Below, piece after piece: positions 1 to 12,299 of a stretch of 64,000 nucleotides of DNA (position 1 is its first letter; each line of letters opens with the position of its first letter). The translations under genes were made by a program, and so were the position numbers. Below the pieces are notes generated by a model, which was given only the letters and a program-made list of their open reading frames with translations, had not been told where the DNA came from and did not search any database. Where the stretch lies: the NCBI GenBank assembly GCA_951406725.2, contig OX597814.1, positions 119,164,001-119,228,000 on the forward strand. Direction: 5' to 3'. The DNA is from Octopus vulgaris (taxonomy: Eukaryota).

Positions 1-360
1 ATTTTATTTGATAATAGCACACTAACTTGGCCATAGCCAAGATGCCATATCAAGTAAACCTGTATATATTAAGTACAGGAATAAAATCATTTCAATATGA
101 GATATTATATTTACAACTTGCAGCATTCTCTTATTAATACGAGACACCACTCTCTTCTATTCTTGTCATACGGAATGAAACCAAGGACGAAGATGGTTTG
201 TTCCTCAAGCCATGTGCCTCTGCCCATTTCTCTTTTCCTCTCCATTTTAGCGTCCATTTTATTCTAGTAGCCCTTACATTTTCAGTGGTCTAAGGACCTT
301 GTAACGAGCGAATGCTTTAAAAAAATTTAATGCACTTCCATCCACTGAACAATAAAAAGC

Positions 361-505
361 ACATGCGCATGCATGCATACATACATACATAGATACACAT
401 ACATACATACACATACATACATACATACACATACATACATACACACACACACATACACACACACATATATATCTATCTATATATATATATATATATTTAT
501 ATATT
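361..505. repeat. Compound microsatellite (CATA)n/(CA)n/(TA)n
   Basis: Directly visible; explains ORF 274..462. Confidence 0.95.
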
Positions 506-606
506 TTAATATGGCCACGCTCTCAGCAGTGTGATTGATCCATCCTAGTCAAAATTCACCTGCTGGAATTTTTGTTTCCTGATGGTAATACGAAATTGAT
601 TGTTTG

Positions 607-796
607 TTTACTTATTTCAGGCATTAGATTATGTCATGTTGGGGCACTGCATTGAAGGATTTTAGCTGAATGAATCGACCCCAGGACTAGTATTTGTAAA
701 GCCTGGTACTCATTCTATCGGATACTAAGCCGAACCGCTAAACTATGGGATGTAAACATGCCAACCTCACTTGTCGAGTGTAAACAAAAACAAAAT

Positions 797-828
<32 letters not shown>

Positions 829-996
829 CATAGATGACGAGCTTCTTTCAGTTTCCGTCTACCTAATCTGCACACAAGGCTTTGTCGGCTCGAGGTTATT
901 GTAGAAGACGTTTGCCCAATGTGCCAGGCTGTGAGACTGAACCCGGAAGTATGTGGTCGGAAAGCCAGCTTCTTACCACACAGTCACGTTTGCACT
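607..996 (-). mobile_element. tRNA-derived SINE family A (octopus OK/OR-like), diverged copy
   Basis: Reverse complement matches the 28685-29057 copy: tRNA-like head, TTGGGCAA central motif, GTAGACGGAAACTGAAAGAAGC, internal (CA)n, TGGGGTCGAT tail. Confidence 0.85.
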
Positions 997-1578
997 TATT
1001 GGGGGAATTTGCAGTTTAAATTAACAATCAAAATACAAAGTGAGAGGACACTTAGCAAATATCAATTACATTTTAAAATATAGCAATGATATCTTTCATT
1101 ATTACCGCACAAATAAATGACCAGCTGTTTACCATCTCATTTCTCGATCTCTCTATGTTAGAACTCCTAATATACGATGACCTCTTTAAACTTTTCTTCG
1201 TAAATATATTGTTTAGGAAACATAACTTCCTTCCTTAGCAATCATTAATCTATGTCTCTTATAACTTTTCATTGAAGATATTAGTTATTTTCGTGTGTGT
1301 GTGTGTGTGTGTGTGTGCGCGTGCTTCTGTGTGTGTTTGTGTGGGTGTGCGTGTTTTCTTTGTATTATCATTAACCTTCAGAATATGTCAATATTTATGT
1401 TGCCTCCAATGATGCTGTTTCTCTCTATACAGTCACGTACTTTGTAACAAGTAATAAATACATTATTTTTACCAATATTTTTAGAAATTACTATTACACG
1501 CACACACAGAGACATATATGTATTTCAAATATTTATGCATATATGTATTTTAAAATATTTATGTATGTATGTATGTAT

Positions 1579-3169
1579 CAACGAGAGCCAGGTGGAGTTC
1601 TGTAATGTCGACACAGAAGAACTGGGCCTCCTACTTAGACTGACATATAATAGTGAATACTTAGATAAACATAATCTTAGTAGTTTCTGCCCCAGTAGAT
1701 GTTTAAGAGGTAGACCGCCTACAATTACTTCTATGGCTAGGAAGACACATATAGAAAGATGGCGCGGATGGACCAGAGCCATACGGAGCCCCGCAAATGT
1801 CCATCAGGTAAAGAAAATGATCGCACATGCACTAGGAGCTAGTATAAGAGTTACCCTAAAAGGCCACACATTTAAATTTAATAATAAAATATATGCCCAG
1901 GACGAGGGGGCAGCCATCGGTGTTAGTATCGCTGGTGATGTGGCCAACCTCTTCATGGTATGGTGAGACAGAAGGCTTAAAGAATGCCTACTGCAGAAAT
2001 CCATACTCGTAAACATGTACTCTCGCTATGTTGATGATATCAATATAGTAGTAAAGGCACCCCCACAAGAGAGTACTGTTGATATAGTAATAGAAACTAA
2101 TACTATGGAGAGCATCCAGCAAATAGCTAACTCCATCCACCAGAGTATTAAGGTCACAATAGACTACCCCACTAAACACCCCAACCATAGACTACCAGTA
2201 CTAGACACTGAACTCTGGCTAGAAATTGTGAAAAATAAAACCCAAACCCAAATCCTTCATTCATACTATGCAAAACCTATGGCCTCAAAATACCTGATCC
2301 ACCGGAACTCAGCCATTGCGGGCAATGCCAAATTCAATATTTTGATGGCAGACCTCGTCAGAATAATGAGAAATGTGTCACGCATGTGCGAGCCTACAGA
2401 ATTAAAGAGACACATACAGTATTTCATTCACCGCATGCAGTTCTCAGGTTACAGCCATAAAGAAAGGATCAGAGTATACAAAGGAGCCATGAAAAAATTT
2501 GATAATATATTATGTAATGATAGGAATGGGATTTGCCCACTCTATAGGAACAAGTCATGGAACACTATAGAAAGGACAAAAAAGAAAATAGGGAAGGCCA
2601 ACTCTTGGTATGATAGCCATAAATACCAGAGTGTCATGTTCGTTGACACCACCCCTGGAGGTGAACTAGCGTACCGCTTTAGAAGGACCCTAGATAAACT
2701 TAAACTAAGAATTAAGGTTGTTGAAAAGCCAGGCAACCCTATCAGATCTATAATTGGTAGAAGCTATCCTTTTAGTAGAACTCTCTGTACGGATAACTAT
2801 TGCACTGTATGTAGATTTAGCCCACAAACGAACTGTAAAGCCAGAAATGTGGTCTATAGTATAAGATGTATAGAGGGACAATGCAGTAACAAGACAGTAA
2901 CATACGTAGGGGAAACTGCAAGAAGCATTGGTGAGCGGGTGAATGAACATTGGAGACAACTCAAGGAAGGTAAAAGCTCATCGATTCTGTACCAACACGC
3001 CGAACAAGAACACGGGGGATCAATCAATAACATAGAGATTAAGATATTGTCCACACATAGAACAGATGCAACAATTAGACAAATTACAGAAGCTACACAT
3101 ATAATAGAAAATAAACCTAGCCTGAATAGAAAACTAGAATGGAGCAATAGCGCACACCACAACATATGA
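1579..3169 (+). pseudogene. Penelope-like element RT + GIY-YIG endonuclease ORF (Naiad-like), 5'-truncated, one in-frame TGA
   Basis: ORFs 1535..1966 and 2015..3169 share a frame and are separated only by TGA at 1964-1966. Motifs: QDEGAAIGVSIAGDVANLFMVW*D (RT motif B), YSRYVDD (motif C), LPVLD, Cys-rich linker CTDNYCTVC..C, VVYSIRC...[16 protein letters not shown] (GIY-YIG), EATHI..KPSLN. RT motif A is missing (truncated at a (TATG)n repeat). Confidence 0.93.
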
Positions 3170-3800
3170 CAATAGTGGATCCTGCAAACATAATAAATAC
3201 ACAGGTAATTAAAGAAATAGAAATGAATATCTATATATATGTATATGTGTATATATATGTATATGTATATGTGTATATATGTGTGTATATATGTATATAT
3301 GTATATGTATGTGTATGTATATATATATGTGTATATGTATATTCTTTTTTTTTTTTTTTTTTTTTTTCGATTAGATTTATTATTATTATTACTAATATTG
3401 TTGTTATACATACATACAAGCATATGTAATGATGATAATGGGTGGATGTAAACACATGAACAAAATTAGAACAAAAGCAACAACAACAAAAACAAAATAC
3501 AAATTACAAGAATGTATATAACCAGAAGATACAAATATTACAGGCATCCCCCCCACACACACACTAAATAAACATAGACGCACATAGAGATATAAGCATG
3601 CGCAAATGAAGACATACAATAGAAATACAAAATGGCTGACGGTTAGTAAGGAGAGACACAAGTAAGTGAGAAGAAAACAAAGGACCACTGATGCGGTCAC
3701 AGGAGTGTGACGAAAGAACTTTGGCCGAAATAAGATTAAGATTAATGTAAAAAATAAATATCACTGAAGCAAAATAACACCAAATATATAGTGCGTGTGT
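3170..3800 (+). mobile_element. Probable PLE 3' UTR/pLTR with internal microsatellites
   Basis: Directly follows the PLE stop; A-rich; hammerhead-like CTGATGC-GGTCA..TGGCC-GAAA at 3688-3730. Right boundary uncertain. Confidence 0.5.
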
Positions 3801-3910
3801 TTTTATTGGCTAAACTGGCAATATGACCATTCCGAAATATAACAATATCTGTTTCAACACACGACTTCACATAAAAAATCTTGCACAACAAATATTTAAA
3901 TATATATATA

Positions 3911-3955
<45 letters not shown>

Positions 3956-4072
3956 CAAATATTAGATAGTATACTCTGTAAATGACATTTACTCGATATT
4001 TTAACATTTTTTTTCCTTTATATATAATGCATTCAATATGTCAGTAGTAGCTGTGTAGCCTACTAAATATAA

Positions 4073-4467
4073 ACGTAGGTACGGCTGTGTAATGAAGGTG
4101 TTCACCTTGCAATCACGTGGTTTTGTGCTCAGTTCCATTGTGCCGTATCTTGGGGAAGTGTCTTGCACTATATCACTGGGCTATGCGATGCTTTGTGAGT
4201 GAATTTTGTAGATACAAACTATGTGGATGCTCATCGTAAAAATACAAATCTTTCTGTGAGTTTTTTGCGTCTACACTTGTAACCCACCACCACTTGACTA
4301 CGAATTCTGGTTTGTTACGTTCCTACAACTAGCGATTTGGCAAGAGGAACCAAAAAGGTCCAGTACAAGACTTAAAATGTCAGTGTTAATGTCGACTTGA
4401 CCGAACCCGTTTAGTCAGTACTCCAGCTTGGCCATAGTCTTATAACTAAAACAAGTAAAATATAAAA
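4073..4467 (+). mobile_element. SINE family A, old diverged copy
   Basis: GGCTGTGT..GTTCCATTG..TTGGGGAAGTGTCTT head/body and CTCCAGCTTGGCC..AAACAAGTAAAA tail, colinear with other copies. Confidence 0.75.
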
Positions 4468-5242
4468 ATGTAAATATTGAATAACTGCTAATAGACACAC
4501 TAATTTTAATCTTGAATTTGTTTCTCAGTCATAATTTCAGCAAAGTGTATCTTTCTCAAACATGATATAGCACGGAATTTTGTCAGTGAACAGGTCTTGG
4601 TCTGAAGCGACGAGATTTTGACAAATTAAATTTAAATGTTGAAGTGAATCTAACGGATTTTTAGTGTTTCTTAAATGGCTTATAAACACCTTCCACGCTG
4701 CAATTGATTTTCTTCCAGCACACGATCTCAGATCAGGTCAAATGCTAAGCAAGTACATCTCTATCTTTCTTCTTGAGAAGAAATGTTTATCTGCTTATAA
4801 ATACTAACTTCCTCTTATTATACCACAAATATAGACGACTAACTGGATATCATTGAAAATCTATGCTGAATTCTGCACTTGTATAGTAGTAGGTAAAAAA
4901 TGATTTAGCTAACTTTTGACAAGTATGCTAATGTATACATAATAATGTAGATAACCCTTCAATAAAACAGAATACAGATCTTTGGTGTATATAATATTAA
5001 CAAATTTTATGTCGTTTTGTGACATGGAAAATAACAAGCCGGATCTCTACGTACTTTTCTATCACCAAATAGGTGACTGCGTTACCGATTGCAGTATAAA
5101 ACGAATACCTGTATCAGTTCTCAAATGAAGCACTGGCTGTACATTTCTCCTATTTCAACAACAAAATTTATTTCCGTAACCGAAAGATATGCCGTTGAAT
5201 TCCAGTCTATTTCATTTTATCTCTGCACATTCATACACATAA

Positions 5243-5482
5243 TCTTTTATTCTTTTACTCTTTTAATTGTTTCAATCATTTGACTGTGGCCAAGCTGGAG
5301 CACCGCCTTTAATCGATCAAATCGACCCCAGGACTTATTCTTTGTAAGCCTAGTACTTATTCTATCGGATCCTTTTGCCTAACCGCTAAGTTCCGGGGAC
5401 GTAAAGACACCAGCATCGATTGTCAAGCGATGTTAGGGGGACAAACACACACACGCAAACGTATACACACACACACACACAT

Positions 5483-5543
<61 letters not shown>

Positions 5544-5715
5544 CATATATACGACGGTCTTCTTTCAGTTTCCATCTACCAAATCCACCCACAAGGCTTT
5601 GGTCGGCCCGAGGCTATAGTAGAAGACACTTGCCCAAGGTGCTATGCAGTGGGACTGAACCCGAGACCATGTGGTTCGTAAGCAAGCTACTTACCACACA
5701 GGCACCCCTACGTCT
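5243..5715 (-). mobile_element. SINE family A, full length
   Basis: Close reverse-complement match to 28685-29057 and 55141-55518; internal (CA)n(TA)n; (TCTTTTAC)n tail. Confidence 0.92.
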
Positions 5716-7059
5716 ATAATAGCCAATAATATATAAAGCATGTACAATATTACTCCGCGAAACGGTTTATATTTTCACTAAGCTTATTGCGTATGATGAT
5801 ATCTCTATAGATATTTATTCATAAACAAGTTGCATTTGTACGTTTGTTTCTCAGCAGCATGTATATAATTGAAAAAACATTCCTGCATTTGAAAAGCTTT
5901 GTATGAATTTACAACAATTAGCATAGTTCTAAAAATAAATGCATGACCTCAGAACCTATTTCATTCAGCTTTATTGCTGGAACATAATAATAGTAACAAT
6001 GAAATTTATTGTCTTTTATTTTCTTTATCTATATAACTTTCTAAGAATTGAACAAAAAAATCTTGCTATTCACTAATATTTCAAAATCTACCTTTTGACC
6101 AATTGTTGTAAAGAAAAGCAACATCGCTGTACCACGTTTTGTTAATTGTATCATCACATTTTTTGCGCCGCAGGAACTTTCAATTAGATATAACATTAAG
6201 TATTCGCAAAAGAGTCACGACTTCGAACACATTATTATCTATTATTTAAACGATCAATGCATGCTGACAATTATTACGGCTTGCCTACGAATTCGCTTGC
6301 GGAGAGATGTGCAAACATAGAACTGAATTAACATGAACGGCTGTAACTCATTAACCTCTTCTTTGGCAAAATATATCTACTTTCGGAACACTGCAGCAAT
6401 CATATAAATTCGGTAAGATTCTAAATCATTAATTTATTTAAAATATTAGAGTTTTACTTTTTATCGGAACTTTACAATACGAAATAAGATGACTTTTAAA
6501 ATAAATTCTTTCTTTTTGTAACTATTTCTCTATATTGTCCTGTATCTGCATGATATATAGCTAATTTTTCCGTGTATTTTAATTTAAAACCATTTCTTTT
6601 TGTTTTTCTGTTGGTTTGTTTTTTTTCATATAACGTAATCATTTGTGTCGCCAAAACTTGACCATAGTATTTTACTGTGACTTTTTGTCTTTTTCGTTCT
6701 CCATAAATTATTCGAATCAATTATCTTATTTTTCTCTGGTTTGTCAAATCTTGTTTCCCAGAATCTCCACATGTTTGATTGTGTTACCTGTTCTAATTGA
6801 AATCGAAATCTGATAACTACAGTCTCCCTTTTAATTTGGATTTCAAGTAAACATCATTTGCATTTTCTTTTTAATGTATTGATCGAGATATGTTCAGACT
6901 TTTCTCTCATTCTTCTAATGAAATATCTAGAAAATAGTAACCAATATAAATATCATTCATAATTAACCTCAAATGTGGCATTCTTTTTAAGGATCTCTTT
7001 ATCAAATATGTTCACTTTCTTTTCATCAGTATATATATATATACTTTACATTTATATGT

Positions 7060-7320
7060 AGGTGGGCATGGCTTAGTGGCTGAGTGTTGGTCTCATGATC
7101 GAAGGATTGTGTTTTCGATTCCTGGACAGGGCAATACATTGTGGCCTTGAGCAAAACTTTTCTTCTTACGTTGCTCCAGTCCACTCAGCTGATAAGAATG
7201 TATCAATTTGCTGTGGACCGACCTCCTGCCCACAGGGGAGCATATATACGCAAGAGAAACCGGGAATTCGGCTCTATGCTCCTTACAGAGTAATGTGGAC
7301 TAATCATACGTATGGGTAGG
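7060..7320 (+). mobile_element. tRNA-derived SINE, separate family (CORE/Meta-like body)
   Basis: A box TGGCTTAGTGG, B box-like TTTCGATTCC, then CCTTGAGCAAAAC and TGCTCCAGTCCACTCAGCTG, typical of SINE central domains. Confidence 0.65.
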
Positions 7321-8618
7321 TATTAGTTTCGAACACAGCAGCTACAATAAAATATATACTTAACTGATGAAATCAGAACAAAGGCGAAATGTGTTCCAAT
7401 ATGTCTCTTATATTTGTCCAACGTAATACGCTATATGCACAAGGCTATGATAGTCAATTAAAAATCAAATCAATATTTGTTAGTGACTAAAACCTACACG
7501 TTTCTCCTCACAGGTATAGTGACTTATAGTCAGCTCATTGAAATTCCACAGATTGTGTTCATGCATTTTATGCCTGTCTGGAATTATATGATAAAATCAA
7601 ACAAAAAATGTTACTGTAACAAACAGGAAAATGAAACTACTTTAGTCATTTTTCAAGACGTTAGTTATATCATAGTTTAGCTCTTTCCAAATATATAAGA
7701 AATAGGTGGAAAAATAAAACTAAAGCAACTGTAAATAGAGCTGAATATAAAGAAAGTTCGGTAGAAAATGCCCATTTAATTGCATTGGATTTGATGGGGA
7801 CGACGTTTATAGATTATAATACCACAAACGAATATCAAGATACGGGATTTCAATATACTATTCTGAAGCTAATGAACATGTTTAAGAAACCAAATTTAAG
7901 GTATTTTATTTGTTCCTTTTATCGACTTGTGTTCCATTATCATTCATTGTTTGACCCGTATTTCTATACTGCTTGCAACTCCACGAATAGCAGGTGATTG
8001 ATATATGCGTCTTTATCACATCATTAACTATTCTTACTGCAAGAATTATCTACCGATATTGTGATGCCATTAAAGATGGCAATTATGCAAGGTAAATGCT
8101 TATTTCTTCAGGTTTCCTAACTCCTGTATCACTATCTATACCTCTAAGCCCTCTATTTCATATTCCTTACAACAGTTCACTTATCTATTTCGTTGCTATA
8201 CCAGTATCGCTTTTTAGCATAGGTTTAATGCTTTGTAGATATCATTTCTAAATTACTAATGCACTTTTGCTGTAGCTGCTACTTTCGTTATTGTTGCTGA
8301 TACTGGAATTATAAATATTACTTCCTTATCTATTACCAAACACTTCATATATTAAATCTACTTTTCTTCTAATTCCTTCCATCTTCATGCAGTTTCATTG
8401 TAAGCTGGTGCATTTAATGCATTAATGGCTACACGGGCATAGAGATTTTGCATATTCCTTTCGAACATAACATACCGTCCAGTTATTTCATCATTATCAC
8501 CGACGTTATCTACAGAACGTCATCATCAGCTTCAGTAGCAGCCGCCACTTCCGCAGCGGCAACAGCAGCAGCAACAACAGTAGCAGAAACGGTAGCAGCA
8601 GCAACAGTAGCAGCAGCC

Positions 8619-8707
8619 GTCCAAGAATTTGAACCTGGAGATCTCCATTTCGAGCGACTTCGAGGGCCACCTCCCAGTGGTGTTGGGCGTCAACGAAGAG
8701 CCCTCGA
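8619..8707 (+). ncRNA. Candidate minimal (P4-less) HDV-like ribozyme
   Basis: P1 GTCCAA(8619-24)/TTGGGC(8683-88); P2 TCGAGGGC-C(8660-68)/GAGCCCTCGA(8698-8707, one bulged A); P3 ACC/GGT around L3 TCCCAGT; then GT, CAA in place of P4, and J4/2 CGAA (C8694). Folded by eye. Confidence 0.55.
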
Positions 8708-8820
8708 CTACAACAAGACGACCAATGTTTTTTTTCTAAGGTCTGGGGTCTCCCGGTCCTAAGCCCCAGACCATCATCTAATCACCCTTACCCGACTTGT
8801 AGCTTAACAACAACAACAAT
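8619..8820 (+). mobile_element. Short non-autonomous retroelement (SIDE-like) within CAG-type repeats
   Basis: GC-rich island between (CAG)-type repeats; 3' hairpin GGTCTGGGG/CCCCAGACC (8740-8772); ends in an (AAC)n tail. Confidence 0.55.
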
Positions 8821-8861
<41 letters not shown>

Positions 8862-9170
8862 TAGTAGTAGTAGTTGTGAAAGCATTTTGTTAAAAGTTCA
8901 GAAAAACTATGATGCAAAACACCGATAAAACGACCACCACTGCATATGTCTCCTCGAATAACATATATTACTTCCTGTAATATATGACCCAATGTTTGTA
9001 AATAATATGAGAGTCCAACGAGGAAGCTCGAGGGGCAACTACTAAGTCGGTGCAAGGCGAGAGTTCATATTGATTTATTCAGTAGAAATATATAATTGAA
9101 AAGAAGTTGTGCAATCACTGTTTAACAATACCACTACACTGCAAGTCGTTTACAAGTTCTCTAAGCATCG

Positions 9171-9221
<51 letters not shown>

Positions 9222-9492
9222 TGCTGATACATGACCTAAGTTGGACTCCTAATTCGTATCATTATCGAACCTGGAGCTTAACTATAGTTTGTCCATAGCA
9301 CTCACTCAACATTACCTGACAACTTTGGGTCTTCTTGACACCAATACCAATCATACCCTATATATATATATATAAAACTTGTGTGCTGAAGTAGAAACAT
9401 GTTCTTTGTCTGTCTCCTTAACATCTTGGAGATTTTAAGTATAATTATACTAATGTGTCCCTCTGTTCTAATTAATTAAGTTCTATGTCTTT

Positions 9493-9579
9493 GTGGACCT
9501 GAAGATTGCTCTACATTTTAAATTGATTTAATGATTGCATCGTTCAATTAAATGGAGTTGCATGAAACAATCGTACTGC
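9493..9579 (+). ncRNA. Degenerate hammerhead-like motif
   Basis: CTGAAGA (9499-9505), long imperfect stem II, GAAAC-AATC-GT-A with near-palindromic stem III ACAATCGT; stem I poor. Sits in an island between (TA)n tracts. Confidence 0.35.
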
Positions 9580-9741
9580 ATTACCTCTGGACATTCTCAC
9601 TGCTTATTTAGATTATATATATATATTATATATATATGTATATATATATATATATATAATCGTGCTCGCGTGTATATGCACGTATGCTTATATCTAGGTG
9701 TACATAAACACTCACACATATATGTGCGGGTGTGTATTTGA

Positions 9742-9822
<81 letters not shown>

Positions 9823-9830
9823 TGTGTGCG
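9742..9830. repeat. (TA)n(TG)n microsatellite
   Basis: Directly visible. Confidence 0.95.
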
Positions 9831-10041
9831 TATGGATGTATATTGTGATGGTAAGTTGTCAAGCCTAAAAAAGAGGGGTATTTTTTACTATTGATTCAGA
9901 AACATATTATTGGAACGAAAAGTAACAAATTCTACTTTCAAAACTAAAAACACAAAAGAAAATTTTGCGAATGGTCAAGTTGCGAGATATACCCAGAATC
10001 AGTATTTTCAAATTAATCGTTATGACTGCCCAGACGTTTCC

Positions 10042-10044
<3 letters not shown>

Positions 10045-10116
<72 letters not shown>
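10045..10116. repeat. (CT)n microsatellite
   Basis: Directly visible. Confidence 0.95.
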
Positions 10117-10117
<1 letters not shown>

Positions 10118-11673
10118 TTTAAACTATATGGGAAGGAAATTTGAAGCTGGGGATAATGTAAGTTTTATTTTTTGTTTCCATTCACAGGCTCTATAGTATT
10201 GTTATTTTGAAGAAAGTTTACTTGATTGTAATATTGTGTGTACACTGTTGTGTTTAAAAAAAACTCTATTCCCAGCAGAGGCAGTATTCATACGGAGAGG
10301 TAATATTTATCTCCGCTTAATTGTGGATATTGCTTTAGAACAAATTATCGTAGTGACCATGAGAGAAATTCTGATATCTTGGAGACCACTAGATCATGTG
10401 ATTTCGGCCTTCCTTGGTCTTATCCATGATAAACACTCGACCGATAGACATAGCAATGATTCATCTCCCCAGCAGCGATATATATAATAACAGTGAAGAA
10501 TTTGTTTTGAAATAACTATTAGCGACAGTATTAACACTGAGAGCCAATATTCATCCTCACTTAAACATGGATGTTGCATTAGAACAAACTATACTGCTGC
10601 AGTTACCATGAGAAAACCCTTCGTATTGGATTTTGGTGCAAAATGCACTCTTGACGATAACCATATGAATATGTAAAACTTCCTTATACAGATGTACTGA
10701 AAAGTGTTATATCACTCGTCCGCTTATATTTCTGCTTGGGTGTTCACAGACTCGCGCATTTGGTCAGGCTCTAGCGCGCACAAATATAAGACCAATTAAT
10801 AAAGTATCAACAGAGGAAACAGAGAGTAAAGTAGTAGGAAGGATAAAAGGATGGAAGTAAAACGGAAAATAAATTTCCCTAATGTTGACACTAGACATTC
10901 ATGAACGATAAACGAATTCTACCACCTATAAAACAAATACCAAATTTATACATGGACCTCAAAACCGCTCTAAAATACATAGAAATGACAGAATGATCCT
11001 TCAAGCAAACATTCCTGAAACCCATTCCAATTCGTTAGGCTCAAAATATTGTATAGATACACGGCATGTGTGAAGTTACATCCAGTTGCATTAATCAAAA
11101 AGGCCTGCTTGCCCTCTACATGTGTCTTCAATTACACGCAAACATTATACCACAGAGCCTCGAGAAACTGTTTAAACAATCATACTCTAGGGAAGATGCA
11201 TACCTGATATTCGAGTGTAAGCTGCAGTGCCTCCCGTTCCGAAGGACAGCTGCCATTCAGAACTGACCAGCCAATAGGGGTGAAATAAGTGCCCCGTATA
11301 TTTGTTATGCGATGCGGGAATGATTTTTATCGTGGGCAGACAGCACAGGGCCCGCAAACAATGTAGCGCTCACGGTGGTGTTGGAGAGAATAAAGCTTGC
11401 GCTTTTTTAGTCGACCCAAATAGTTAAGGCCTGTCATGCCCTATATATATATATAATGTGTATAATGTATAAATAATGTGTATATATCATGTGTATATAA
11501 TGTATATATATCATGTATATATAATGTATATATATATATACATATATATATGTGTATATGTATCTATATATGTATATGTATACATATATATGTATGTGTA
11601 CGTATACGTATATATGTATGTGTAGGTATACATATATATGTATGTATCCATATGTATATATGTATGTATTTGT

Positions 11674-12197
11674 GTGAGGTCACTTTCGAGTGCTACTGGT
11701 AACATGTAACATAGGACAACCTGTTGCATGGTCGGGTCGTCGGCGACTAAACCGGCAACCCCACCAAGCTTGCTTGGTGAGGAGGGTGTTTATTGGGCAC
11801 CCTGCGGGATGTAAAACAAAACCCGTCAAAGGGCGGAGGAACTCTTGAGAGTCAATGGCCATGTGCGGGGACAGAAATAATCGGACTGAATACCCGATTG
11901 CGCGGTTAAACCATTGGGAGTGAAGGACTCCTAGCCTTTGTTAGGGCGTCCTTCTAGGAGAAGGTAACTCAGGTAACTGGGATAACTCCGATATAAAACC
12001 TGCGGCTCAGTGGTTACCGATGATGTTGACTTGTATTTTTTTTCGGATTATGGCTGCTGTTGCTTAGTGAGCGGGATTGACTCAGTGCACAGCCTTTCTT
12101 CACTTTAAAAAAATCTTCTTGCACAGGCATTGCACGATAACAACATTGATTAAGCTTCGTGCAATGGCCATACTCGATAACGATGGGGCAGCCACCA
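11674..12197 (+). mobile_element. Non-coding GC-rich element resembling an RTE-clade 5' UTR (non-autonomous derivative)
   Basis: GC-rich island between (TATG)n tracts; TCTAGGAGAAGGTAACTC...ATAAAACC resembles RTE 5' UTR motifs (from memory); multiple hairpins; no ORF. Confidence 0.5.
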
Positions 12198-12299
12198 TAT
12201 GTATGTATACATATTTATATATATAAGAACTGAACATCCACCATTATTCATCTGAATAACTGTTATATAGAAAATCTTCCAACGACTAATCATATGCAT

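Noticed and set aside
3600-3645. SECIS candidate ATGA..AAA..GA downstream of the PLE
   Set aside because: Upper stem does not pair.
7363-7400. CTGATGA..GAAAT motif (a similar one at ~57409)
   Set aside because: Stems I-III do not pair.
8448-8762. 104-aa Ala/Thr-rich ORF
   Set aside because: Made of CAG-type repeat plus the inserted structured element; no domain or splice support.
10295-10620. Degenerate ~75-bp direct repeat about 245 bp apart; small duplications at 48497-48560 and 61362-61470
   Set aside because: Ordinary local duplications; nothing further supportable.
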